DNA of 64,000 bases from Eledone cirrhosa (taxonomy: Eukaryota): assembly GCA_964016885.1 (NCBI GenBank), contig OZ024741.1:398350001-398414000 (forward strand), given 5' to 3'. Positions 25,321 through 37,631 of this stretch are shown here, one piece after another. How positions within the stretch are numbered: position 1 is the first letter of the stretch; each line of letters opens with the position of its first letter. A program made the position numbers and the translations under genes. Under the pieces are notes generated by a model. The model was not told the DNA's origin. It saw only the letters and a program-made list of their open reading frames with translations, and did not search any database.

Positions 25321-25568
25321 TATAAAGTAAAGTATGTCCATAGAATCATTTGATAATATATATACATCATTTCCTCTCCCAATTAGCATAATTAACCACA
25401 CAAAATCAAGGCCGCTATTGTTTATTTATTTACTGGTTTCTTCATAGGTGCCTTTTAATCTTATAGCCTGGTCTAATTGATTTTTTTGTGTGATTAATTA
25501 TACTAATTGGGAGAAGAAATGATGTATATATATTATCAAATGATTCTATGGACTTACTTTACTTTATA
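25321..25568. repeat. Foldback structure: ~90-bp inverted arms around a ~67-bp spacer
   Basis: tataaagtaaagtatgtccatagaatcatttgataat..cacacaaaatcaa (25321-25409) mirrored by ttgattttt..attctatggacttactttactttata (25477-25568). Confidence 0.88.
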
Positions 25569-25681
25569 GTATATTGCTCTGATTATTTAATTTATTAATT
25601 CTTCATTGAGCCACATCGCGAATGGTTGCCAAAACACATATATATCTGTGACTTTGTTTAATTGGTGTATATGTAAATATT

Positions 25682-25716
<35 letters not shown>

Positions 25717-25717
<1 letters not shown>

Positions 25718-26897
25718 ACTAAGAACACAGATTTTACATGTGGCCGGTGCTCTGGTGCAATAAGTAGCAGCAAGTGCCCACAAAATACTAGCTCTTTCAA
25801 TTGCGCAGAGGGTTCTATAGAAATAATGGACAGCTTCCGTTACCTGGGTGACAAAATCAGCAGTGGGGGAGGGTGCTCTGAAAGTAGAGTAGCTAGAGTC
25901 AGAACTGGTTGGAAAAAGTTCAGAGAGCTTATACCACTATTAGCCGCTAAAGGGTTCTCCCTGAAAATGAAAGGCAGGTTGTATGATGCCTGCATACGAA
26001 CAGCAATGTTGCATGGCAGTGAGACCTGGGCATTGTGTGCAGAGGATATATGCAGACTAGAGAGGAACGAAGCTTGCATGCTCCGCTGGATGTGTAATAG
26101 TAATATACGTGAACGGCAAAGCATAAACGAACTAAGGAAAAAATTAGAAATAAAAGGGATCAGATGTTGTTTACTCGAGAGAAGGCTACGTTGGTATGGT
26201 CACGTGATGCGCATGAAAGACGACAGCTGTATAACAAAGTGCAGGGCAATAAAGATAGATGGTAGCCACGGAGTAGGCAGACCCAGGAAAACCTGGGACG
26301 AGCTGATAAATTCCGACCTCACACACTTACACCTCTCCAAGACAATGTCACTGGACCGAGACCTTTGGCGGTACTCAGTAACAGAGAAGACCCGCCTTAC
26401 CTAAATACAAAGTAAAACCTACTACAGTCAGTAGGCATCTCTAACAAAATACACCCCGTCCCACCACCCCCACCCATCCACACCTCCCCCTTCAATGCAA
26501 AGTTATGTTGGTGCCACAACATCCAGACCGAAACAAATGAGATCGTGTAGGTGTCACGACAAAAAAACACACAGTCCACGCTGTAATGTGGCCGTGTAGG
26601 CAACACGGTAAAAACCTCCCAGTCCCACACTGTAAATGTGGTTGGTGTTAGGAAGGGCATCCAGCTGTAGAAAACACGCCCGACAGTCCACGCTGTAATG
26701 TGGCCGTGTAGGCAACACGGTAAAAACCTCCCAGCCCCACACTGTAAATGTGGTTGGTGTTAGGAAGGGCATCCAGCTGTAGAAAACCCGCCAGACAGTC
26801 CTATGCGAGCAAGACAACCACTCTTGCCTTAAGTGGGAAAACCCCCGTCCAAACCCATACAAGCGTGGAACAGGGACGTTAAACGATGATGATGATG

Positions 26898-26898
<1 letters not shown>
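25717..26898 (+). mobile_element. 5'-truncated RTE family 1 copy with a 112-bp duplication in the 3' UTR
   Basis: ORF 25826-26404 matches the C-terminus of 703-2454; 26571-26677 repeated from 26683; (GAT)n tail 26885-26898. Confidence 0.94.
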
Positions 26899-26930
<32 letters not shown>

Positions 26931-27687
26931 TATGTATGTATGTATGTATATGTATGTATGTATGTATGTATGTATATGTATGTATGTATATATGTATATA
27001 TATATGTATGTGTGTATATATATATATGTATGTATGTATATATGTATATATATATGTATGTATGTATATATATATATATATGTATGTATGTATATATGTA
27101 TATATATATATGTATATATATAAATGTATATATATATATGTATATATATATATGTATGTATGTATATATGTATATATATAAATGTATATATATATATGTA
27201 TATATATAAATGTATGTATGTATATATGTATATATATAAATGTATGTATGTATATATGTATATATATATATTGTATGTATATATGTATATATATATATTG
27301 TATATATGTATATATATATGTATGTATGTATATATATATATTGTATATATGTATATATGTATGTATATATATATATATTGTATATATGTATATATGTATG
27401 TATATATATATATATTGTATATATGTATATATGTATTGTATATATGTATATATATGTATGTATGTATATATGTATATATATGTATATATGTATATATATG
27501 TATGTATGTATATATATATATATATGTATGTATATATATATATATATGTATGTATATATATATATATATGTATGTATGTATATATGTATATATATATATT
27601 TATGTATATATATATATGTATATATATATATGTATGTATATATATATGTATATATATATATATGTATGTATATATGTATATATATAC
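26899..27687. repeat. (TA)/(TATG) compound microsatellite (similar tracts at 28371-28769, 28920-29200, 29800-30016, 30434-30711 and in copy B)
   Basis: Direct inspection. Confidence 0.97.
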
Positions 27688-28047
27688 ATTGGATGTAAAT
27701 CAGCAGGAGGACTCATGCGACATGCAAAAGTACACGAACTTCAACCACAGCCGACTATTCCCAGTGAATGTTTTGGTTGCCGACTCTGTGCAAGACATTT
27801 TAGATCATTGGCTGGGCTAAAAAGCCACATTCGATCGCAGCACTGTTAGTTGCTATCGTGTGTGTGTGTGTGTGTGTGTAGATATGCTTATGTGCATGCG
27901 TGTGTGTGTATATATATATGAATATGTATATTATTATTGTTGTTGTCGTTATTATTATTATTGTTATTATTATTATTATTTTTTTTTTTATTTTTTTTTT
28001 TTTTTTTCTTGTGCAATGGCCATACTCGATAACGAGGGGGCAGCCAT
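27688..28047 (+). mobile_element. 3' end of an RTE-BovB-like LINE: C2H2 zinc-finger C-terminus, microsatellite-filled UTR, terminal stem-loop (copy B 44727-45078)
   Basis: [40 protein letters not shown]-stop at 27849; terminal ggccatactcg-ataa-cgagggggcagcc resembles BovB-type 3' ends. Confidence 0.65.
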
Positions 28048-28370
28048 CCAATGATGTTGACTTGTTCTTCTTTTTGGTAAATATCATCTTGGTTAAGAGA
28101 GTGGGACTGGCTTTGTTCAGTGCCTTTGCTCACTATAAAAGCTTCACGGCACAAGCACTGCTTTATATCTGGAGATCTCTCTGCACTTGTCGTCACATGG
28201 TGCCATGGGCCCAGCACTATGTGTCAATAATTGTCACAAGTGTAGTGTTTGTACCAGAGTTTTCAAGTCGCTGGCTGGACAAAAAGTCACACTCGTTCAG
28301 CGCATCAGTAGGGGTTCTCCTACATGGATATAAAGTAGTGGTCGTACTCGAAAATGAGTTGGCAGCCACC
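28048..28370 (+). mobile_element. Short BovB-type RTE-derived element, partial (copy B 45079-45401)
   Basis: Close copy of 30107-30430; ends with [24 protein letters not shown]-stop coding remnant and ctcg-aaaa-tgag stem-loop. Confidence 0.65.
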
Positions 28371-28415
28371 ATATATATATATATATGTATGTATGTATAT
28401 ATATATGTATGTATC

Positions 28416-28446
<31 letters not shown>

Positions 28447-28461
28447 ATATATATGTATGTA

Positions 28462-28531
<70 letters not shown>

Positions 28532-28537
28532 TGTATG

Positions 28538-28571
<34 letters not shown>

Positions 28572-28601
28572 TATGTATGTATATATATATATATATATAT
28601 G

Positions 28602-28748
<147 letters not shown>

Positions 28749-28834
28749 ATATATATATATATATATATAGTATTAGTATTGGTATGTCTCTTGGCTGAAA
28801 AGGAGGTCATATAACTGTCCATGCATTAATAAAT

Positions 28835-28881
28835 TGCTCCGAAGAATCCAAACCTCGGTTTGGAGGAAACAGCTGTAAGCA
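28835..28881 (+). ncRNA. Minimal type-I hammerhead ribozyme motif (copy B 45944-45990)
   Basis: TGCT | CCGAAGA | A-TCCAAAC-ctcg-GTTTGGA-G | GAA | ACAGCTGT palindrome | A (GUA cut after 28877) | AGCA. One core deviation (U4C). Confidence 0.7.
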
Positions 28882-29170
28882 CAATAATGTTTTGAACAGT
28901 TCTTTGATTCTTATATTTCATATATATATATATATATATTTATGTATGTATATATATATATATATTTATGTATATATGTATATATATATATATATATATT
29001 TATGTATATATGTATATATATATATATTTATGTATATATATATGTATATATGTATATATGTATATATATATTTATGTATATATGTATATATATTTATATG
29101 TATGTATATATGTATATATATATATATATGTATGTATATATGTATATATATATATATGTATGTATATATG

Positions 29171-29200
<30 letters not shown>

Positions 29201-29201
<1 letters not shown>

Positions 29202-29395
29202 CATCATCATCATCATCATCATCAACGTTTAACGTTCGTGTTCCACGCTTGCATGGGTTTGGACGGGGGTAGTCCCACTTGAGGCAAGAGTGATTGTCTT
29301 GCTCGCATAGGACTGTCTGGCAGGTTTTCTACAGTTGGATGCCCTTCCTAACACCAACCACATTTACAGTGTGGGTCTGGGAGGTTTTTACCGTG
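29201..29395 (-). mobile_element. RTE family 1 3' terminal fragment (copy B 46307-46500)
   Basis: Nearly identical to 302-496; (CAT)n tail. Confidence 0.92.
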
Positions 29396-29624
29396 CAGCC
29401 TAATTTGCATGTTGAGTGAGTTAAATCGGTCAGGCATACCGAAAACGATAAGTTGAAAAAAATGAAAACGAAATTTCATTTCTCACTCTTAGTATGGCAC
29501 TTACTTAAATGTAAGTATGTATGTATACGTACATACATATATGTATACAGACGTACTGCTCAGCCGTTAATTTTCATAAGGAAAGTATATACTTTCGAAC
29601 GTTCAACTATCTGGCAGATGGGTA

Positions 29625-29669
29625 AACGGTGCTGATGATAGCTAACAAGCTTGAAACTAGTACATCGTT
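29625..29669 (+). ncRNA. Minimal type-I hammerhead ribozyme motif (copy B 46730-46774)
   Basis: AACGGTG | CTGATGA | T-AGC-taacaa-GCT-T | GAA | ACTAGT palindrome | A (GUA cut after 29662) | CATCGTT. Intact core, 7-bp stem I. Confidence 0.8.
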
Positions 29670-29836
29670 CCTGTGTCAGTGTTGAACAAAAAGGTGACGT
29701 GGTTGCCTTAACACCGTATGGCATAAATTCAGGCTGTTCAGTTTGTTGACAAACGAACAAAGCGGCGTTATAATAAGCGTCCGCTAAACTGATGCGTGCA
29801 TATATGTATGTGTACATGTATGTATATATGTATATG

Positions 29837-29908
<72 letters not shown>

Positions 29909-30016
29909 TGCTTCTGTACGTCTGTATACATATATGTATGTACGTATACATACATACTTACATTTATATATATATATATGTATATATATATATGTATGTA
30001 TATATATGTGTATGTA

Positions 30017-30433
30017 TCCCCGGGGGAGATGACCCCTTAGCCTTTATCAAGGCAGAATTCTAGGAGAAGGAAAACTCTGATATAACACCTGCAACCCTGA
30101 TGGTATCCAATGATGTTGACTTGTTCTTCTTTTTGGTAAATATCATCTTGGTTAAGAGAGTGGGACTGGCTTTGTGCAGTGCCTTTGCTCACTATAAAAG
30201 CTTCACGGCACAGGCATTGCTTTATATCTGGAGATCTCTCTGCACTTGTCATCACGTGGTACCATGGGCCCAGCACTATGTGTCAATAATTGTCACAAGT
30301 GTAGTGTTTGTACCAGAGTTTTCAAGTCGCTGGCTGGACTAAAAAGTCACACTCGTTGAGCGCATCGGTAGGGGTTCTCCTACATGGATATAAAGTAGTG
30401 GCCGTACTCGAAAACGAGTTGGCAGCCACCACC
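30017..30433 (+). mobile_element. Internally deleted (bipartite) RTE-derived non-autonomous element (copy B 47116-47532)
   Basis: RTE 5'-UTR-like motif ctaggagaaggaaaactctga (30060-30080, also on the minus strand at 39543-39563) lies ~350 bp from a ZnF C-terminal remnant and ctcg-aaaa-cgag 3' stem-loop. Confidence 0.6.
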
Positions 30434-30514
30434 ATGTATATATGTATATATATGTATGTATATATATATATGTATATATATATATGCATGTATATATATG
30501 TGTATGTATATATG

Positions 30515-30552
<38 letters not shown>

Positions 30553-30562
30553 TATATGTATG

Positions 30563-30612
<50 letters not shown>

Positions 30613-30714
30613 TATGTGTATGTATATATGTATGTATATATGTATATATATATATATATATGTATGTATATATGTATATATATATATGTATGAATATATG
30701 TATATATATATAAT

Positions 30715-31031
30715 GGAGGCACATGGCTTAGTGGTTAGAGCATTGGCCTTGCAATCAAAAGGTTGTGAGTTCAATTCTCAGACAGGGTGATGTGTTGTTT
30801 CCTTGAGCAAGACACTTTATTTCACATTGCTCCAGTTTACTCAGCTGTAGAAATAAGATGATAGGACTAGGGTCCATATCATTCCACTGCAAAGTGGTCG
30901 TGGAGGTGCCACGGAAAAAAAGCATCCAGCACTCACTGTAAATGAGGTTGGTGTTAGGAAGGGTATCCAGCCAGAATCAGTTCCTGTCCCACCCTTGCAA
31001 GCAGGGAAAAGCGGACGTAAAATGATGATGA
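30715..31031 (+). mobile_element. tRNA-derived CORE-like SINE with RTE-derived 3' tail (copy B 47814-48130)
   Basis: A box TGGCTTAGTGG 30724-30734, B box GAGTTCAATTC 30767-30777, CORE-like ccttgagcaagacactt 30801-30817, tail homologous to the RTE family 2 UTR, (GAT)n end. Confidence 0.85.
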
Positions 31032-31049
31032 TATATATATGTATGTATA

Positions 31050-33545
31050 TCATCATCATCATCATCATCGTTTAACGTCCATCTTCCACGCTTGGATGGG
31101 TTTGGACGGGAGTTCTCCCACTTGAGGCAAGAGTGGTTGTCTTGCTCGCATTGGACTGTCTGGCGGGTTTTCTACGGCTGGATGCCCTTCCTAACACCAA
31201 CCACGTTTACAGTGTGGACTGGGAGGGTTTTACCGTGTTACCTACACGGCCACATTACAGCGTGGACTGTGTGGTTTTTTGTCGTGACACCTACACGACC
31301 TCATTTGTTTCGGACTGGATGTTGTGGTACCAACATAACTTTACATTGAAAGGGGTAGTGGGATGGGGGTGTATTTTTGTTAGAGGTGCCTACTGACTGT
31401 AGTAGGTTTCACTTTGTACTTAGGTACGGCGGGTCTTCTGTATTACTGTGTAGCGCCAAAGATCTCGGTCCAGTGACATTTTCTTGGAGATGTGTAAGTG
31501 TGTGAGGTCGGAATTTATCAAGTCGTCCCAGGTTTTTCTGCGTCTGCCTACTCCGTGGCTCCCGTCTATTTTTATTGCCCTGCACTTTTTTATACAGCTG
31601 TCGTCTTTCATGCGCATCATGTGACCATACCAACGTAGTCTTCTCTTCAGTAAACAACATCAGATCCCTCTTATACCTAATTTTTCCCTTAGTTCGTTTA
31701 TGCTTTGCCGTTCACGTATGTTACTATTACACATCCAGCGGAGCATGCAAGCTTCGTTCCTCTCCAGTCTGCGTATATCCTCTGCACACTATACCCAGGT
31801 CTCACTGCCATGTAACATTGCTGTTCGTATGCAGGCATCATACAGCCTGCCTTTCATTTTTAGAGAGAACCCTTTAGCGGCTAATAGTGGTATAAGCTCT
31901 CTGAACTTTTTCCATCCAGTTCTGACTCTAGCTACTCTACTTTCAGAGCACCCTCCACCACTGCTGATTTTGTCACCCAAGTAACAGAAGGTGTCCACTA
32001 TTTCTATAGAACCATCTGTGCAATGGAATGAGCTAGTATTCTGTGAGCACTTGCTGCTACTTATTGCACCAGAGCACCGGCCACATATAAAATCTATATT
32101 CTTAGTTAGCTTACCTGTGATCCCACTACATCTTTTATGCACCCATACTTTGCATTTGGGACATAAAATGGAGTTTCTACCTACTCCTTTCCTACACACT
32201 GAGCATGGCCATTTCCCAGATGGGACCGGTGCCCTATTTTGCTTCCTACAAACTAGAACTTTAGTCTTAGACAGGTTAATTTTAAGACCTTTTGATTCTA
32301 GGCCATGTTTCCATGTTTGGAATTTCTTCTCTAGTTCAGCCATTGATTCAGCTATGAGCGTTAGATCATCTGCGTATAGTAGTTCCCTTGGGCAGCCGGT
32401 CTTGAACTCCACTGTTATAGCCTGAAGGGCAATAATAAATAGTAGGGGGCTAAGAACAGAGCCCTGATGAACACCAACTTTTACGCTAAACTCTTCACTA
32501 TATTCGTTGTTAATTCTAACCTTGTTGACTGTTTCTTTATACATGGCTTGTATAGCTCTCACAAGCCATTCATCAACACCTAGTTTTCTAAGAGACCACC
32601 AGATAATGGAACGGGGGACTCTGTCAAAGGCTTTCTCCAAGTCGACAAAAGCTAAGTATGGGGGTTTACTTTTAGCTAGGTACTTCTCCTGTAGTTGTCG
32701 TACAATGAAAAGAGCGTCTGTGATACTTTTACCTGACACAAACTCGAACTGCATTTCATCTAGATCAATTCGCTCTCTGATTAGTTGCGCTATTACTTTT
32801 TCTGTGACCTTCATGACCTGGTCGATTAATTTAATACCTCTATAGTTACCCCTATCTAGGGCATCTCCTTTACCCTTGTAGCAGTTAATGATGATGCTGC
32901 TATGCCAGTCCTTAGGAACAACCCCATTCTGTATGACTTGGTTTACTATCCGGGTGACCATGGTGTGTCCCACCGTTCCAGAAGCTTTCAGCATTTCAGC
33001 AACTATTTCCGAAGGCCCAGCCGCCTTACCCGTCTTCATATCTCTGATTGCCTTACTTATTATACTACCTTCGACTAACACTGCTTGTGCCACTATTGGA
33101 TCGATGTAGAGGAGACTGTCTTTCTCCCATTTATTCTCCTCATTTAGTAGCCTTTCGTAGTGACACTTCCAAGCTACCTTCTTATCAGTGTCAGTGATGG
33201 CAAGTACGCCATCATCATTAAGGACACACTTCTCCCCGACAATATCACGGTTTTCCTTGACACATTGCCTAGCAATCCTGAATACCTCACATTTTTGGTC
33301 CTCGCGTTGTAGAACATGCTTGAACTTTCTTTCCTCTGCTTCCCTTCTTGCGAAGTACACTTGTCTCCTAGCTTCCCTCCTGGCCACTTGATAGTCTTCT
33401 CTACTTCCCCCATCCCGCCATACTTTCCAAGCCTGCTTTTTGGCCTTAATTGACTCCTCCATCTTACTGTTCCACCACCACGTTACTCTCCTCCTGCCTG
33501 TAGGCCTGCTCCGGCCACAGACTTCATCTGCCGCCATCAGCAGGT
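31050..33545 (-). mobile_element. 5'-truncated RTE family 1 copy with a premature stop at 31789
   Basis: ORF 31789-33537 with full RT motifs, C-terminal remainder 31420-31788, 3' UTR and (CAT)n tail. Confidence 0.95.
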
Positions 33546-33549
33546 ATGT

Positions 33550-36500
33550 ATCATCATCAACGTTTAACGTCCGTGTTCCACGCTTGCATGGGTTTGGACG
33601 GGGGTTTTCCCATTTGAGGCAAGAGTGATTGTCTTGCTCGCATAGGACTGTCTGGCAGGTTTTCTACAGTTGGATGCCCTTCCTAACACCAACCACATTT
33701 GCAGTGTGGGTCTGGGAGGTTTTTACCGTGTTGCCTACACGGCCACATTACAGCGTGGACTGTGTGTTTTTTTGTCGTGACACCTACACGATCTCATTTG
33801 TTTCGGCCTGGATGTTGTGGCACCAACATAACTTTACATAGAAGGGGGCGGTGTGGATGGGGTGGGGGTTGTGAGACGGGGGTGTATTTTGTTAGAGATG
33901 CCTACTGACTGTAGTAGGTTTTACTTTGTATTTAGGTAAGGCGGGTCTTCTCTATTACTGAGTACCGCCAAAGGTCTCGGTCCAGTGACATTGTCTTGGT
34001 GAGGTGTAAGTGTGTGAGGTCGGAGTTTATCAGCTCGTCCCAGGTTTTTCTGGGTCTGCCTATTCCGTGGCTACCGTCTATCTTTATTGCCCTGCACTTT
34101 GTTATACAGCTATCGTCCTTCATGCGCATCACGTGACCATACCAACGTAGCCTTCTCTCTAGTAAACAACATCTGATCCCTCTTGTTTCTAATTTTTTCC
34201 TTAGTTCGTTTATGCTTTGTCGTTCACGTATATTACTATTACACATCCAGCGGAGCATGCAAGCTTCGTTTCTCTCTAGTCTGCGTATATCCTCTGCACA
34301 CAATGCCCAGGTCTCACTGCCATGCAACATTGCTCTTCGTATGCAGGCATCGTACAACCTGCCTTTCATTTTTAGAGAGAACCCTCTAGCGGCTAATAGT
34401 GGTATAAGCTCTCTGAACTTTTTCCACCCAGTTCTGACTCTAGCTACTGTACTTTCAGAGCACCCTCCCCCACTGCTGATTTTGTCACCCAGGTAACGGA
34501 AGCTGTCCACTATTTCTATAGAACCCTCTGCGCAGTTGAAAGAGCTAGTATTTTGTGGGCACTTGCTGCTACTTATTGCCCCAGAACACCGGCCACATGT
34601 AAAATCTATGTTCTTAGTTAGCTTACCTGTGATCCCACTACATCTTTTATGCACCAAAACTTTGCATTTGGGACACAAAATGGAATTTCTACCTACGCCT
34701 TTCCTACACTCTGCGCATGCCCACTTCCCGGAGGGGACCGCCGCCTTATTTTCTTTCTTACAAACTAGAACTTTAGTCTTAGCCAGGTTAATTTTAAGGC
34801 CTTTTGATTCTAGGCCGTGCTTCCATGTTTGGAATTTCTTCTCTAGCTCGGCCATTGATTCAGCTATGAGCGTTAGATCATCTGCGTATAGGAGTTCCCA
34901 TGGGCAGCCGGTCTTGAACTCCACTGTTATAGCCTGGAGGGCAATAATAAATAGTAGGGGGCTAAGAACAGAGCCCTGATGAACACCAACTTTTACACTA
35001 AACTCTTCACTATATTCGTTGTTAATTCTAACCTTGCTGACTGTTTCTTTATACATGGCTTGTATAGCTCTCACAAGCCATTCATCAACACCTAGTTTTC
35101 TAAGAGCCCACCAGATAATGGAACGGGGGACTCTGTCGAAGGCCTTCTCCAAGTCGACGAAAGCTAAGTATAGGGGTTTACTTTTAGCTAGGTACTTCTC
35201 CTGTAGTTGTCGTACAATGAAAAGAGCGTCTGTGGTACTTTTACCTGACACAAACCCGAACTGCATTTCATCTAGATCAATTCGCTCTCTGATTAGTTGC
35301 GCTATTACTTTTTCCGTGACCTTCATGACCTGGTCGATTAATTTAATGCCTCTATAGTTACTCCTATCTAGGGCATCTCCTTTACCCTTATAACAGTTAA
35401 CGATAATGCTGCTACGCCAGTCCTTCGGAACAACCCCGTTCTGTATGACTTGGTTGACTATCCGGGTGACCATGGTGTGTCCCCGTTCTGTATGACTTGG
35501 TTGATTATCCGGGTGACCATGGTGTGTCCCACTGTACCAGATGCCTTCAGCATCTCGGCAACTATTTCCGAAGGCCCAGCCGCCTTGCCTGTCTTCATAT
35601 CTTTGATTGCCTTACTTATTATACTACCCTCGACTAACACTGCTGGTCCCTCTATTGGGTCGATGTGGGGGAGACTGTCTTTCTCCCATTTATTCTCCTC
35701 ATTTAGTAGCCTTTCATAGTGACACTTCCAAGCTACCTTCTTATCGGCGTCGGTGATGGCAAGTACGCCGTCATCGTTAAGTACACACTTCTCCCCGACA
35801 ATATCACTGTTTTCCTTGACACATTGCCTAGCAATCCTGAACACCTCACGTTTTTTGGTCCTCACGTTGTAGAACATGCTTGAACTTTCTTTCCACTGCT
35901 TCCCTTCTTGCGAAGTACACTTGTCTCCTAGCTTCCCTCCTGGCCACTTGATAGTCTTCTCTACTTCCCCCATCCCGCCATACTTTCCAAGCCTGCTTTT
36001 TGGCCTTAATTGACCCCTCCACCTTACTGTTCCACCACCATGTTACTCTCCTCCTGCCTACAGGCCTGCTCCAGCCACAGACTTCGTCTGCCGCCGTCAG
36101 CAGGTTTGCTTTCAGGAATTCCCACTGTTCCTCTACCTTGTACGTCTCTAATTGCTCTTCCTTACTGTCGAAAGCATCAAGTAATATGCTTTGGAATTTA
36201 TTTTTGGCTGTGGGGTCCTTTAGCTTCCATATTTTTCTCCTGAGGATAGTCCTCTTCTGTTGTCTAGTACGTCTCGTCCTGACTATTAGGTCGCTAATTA
36301 TCAGTCTATGTTGGGAGGTGCATTCTTCATGGGGGAGGGATTTAGTGTTTACGACAGTCACTTTGTCACGTCTTCTCGTAAGGATATAATCTACCTGGCT
36401 GGTATGTTCCCCTGATCTGTAGGTGATCAAGTGATTGTCTCGTTTTTTGAAGTTAGTGTTGCAGATAGTTAGGTTATTTGCGTCGCAGAATTCCAGGATT

Positions 36501-37355
36501 CTGGAGCCTTCCTCATTTCTAGTACCAAACCCATAGCCTCCATGGATTTCGTCGTAGCCGTCACAATGTTGTCCAACGTGACCGTTTAGGTCGCCTGCAA
36601 TAATTATATAGTCACTGTTGGTTATTTGGGAGGTAGTGAGCATCGGTGTCTCATAGAATCTGTCTTTTATAGTTCTGGGCAGTCCGGATTGGGGTGCGTA
36701 CGCGGATATTATTGTCACCGTAGTTCTATTGAGGACAAGTCTTATTTTAATTATTCTGTCGTTCACTCTATTTACGTCTATTATCTTATCTGCCCACTTT
36801 TCTGCTACCATGATTCCTACTCCACCCAGCCCATTGTCGTTTCCCACCCAGAAAAGCTTATAGCATCGTTTTCTACCCACAATGAATCTAGCAGATCCAC
36901 CCCTCCACCTGGTCTCTTGAATACAACAAACATCGACCTCCTTACGTTCAAGCATTTCTACAATCTCGTTAGAACGACCCTTTAAGGTGCCTACATTCAA
37001 GGTACCAAATTTGAAGTTTTAGATTGCGTTTGGGGGGTTGGAAAGGTGGGGAGCGTGGGGAGATGGGGTTATGTTAGCCATCCGCGGCCGAAACAAAGAG
37101 GCATGCTCGCATTCTCGTCCACGAGGTGTGATTGTCTTTAACTTTGGCATTGTCGCTGAGCGTCCAGATTTTTCTCTCTTCAACTCTCCGGAACTCCGTA
37201 GTCCTTCCATCCTACATATCGAAGGCGACCAGGTAAGCGATAGTATAGGCCTCTGGCTTATGATTGGTCCACTTAATAATAATGGTGGTGTGTGGGGGCG
37301 GGAGGGAGGGGTGTTGAGTTGTTAGCGAGAAGAATAGGTTTAGGTGAGATCCCCG
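33550..37355 (-). mobile_element. Near full-length RTE family 1 element (APE endonuclease + RT), inactivated
   Basis: APE motifs TLNVGTL, IQETRW, SAYAPQ, AGDLNGH, VDYIL, SQHRL in 35846-37000; RT in 33932-35473; frameshift near 35855, 47-bp duplication 35434-35527, in-frame stop 37019-37021. Confidence 0.96.
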
Positions 37356-37493
37356 TATATATATATATATATATGTATGTATAGTAATAATAATAAAATT
37401 GAAGACTAAAACCCAAAGAGGGCTCGATAAGGATAAATATATATCAAATATATAAGAACCGTAGAGCAAATATTTATTAAAATAACAGATTAA

Positions 37494-37544
37494 AGTTTAA
37501 GCAAAGAATCGCTGCTTTCACCCTTAACGGGATCTTCTGAAACT
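37494..37544 (-). ncRNA. Degenerate hammerhead motif in the PLE 3' region (copy B 54593-54643)
   Basis: Minus strand AGTTT | CAGAAGA | T-CCC-gttaa-GGG-T | GAA | AGCA..TGCT | T | AAACT; U4A core change and non-optimal CUU triplet. Confidence 0.45.
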
Positions 37545-37631
37545 AACAAAATCAATCTGTAAACGCAGAAGTGGATATTTCAAAAAACGTTGCAACCGGA
37601 GGAAGACAGGAAGACGATACTTTGCTTCGTG

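Noticed and set aside
27688-27849. Host C2H2 zinc-finger gene exon
   Set aside because: Ends in a stop followed by an RTE-type 3' stem-loop, and a similar finger occurs in neighbouring RTE-derived fragments.
30715-30785. tRNA gene
   Set aside because: A and B boxes present but no intact cloverleaf, and it continues into a CORE-like body and LINE tail, so it is a SINE head.
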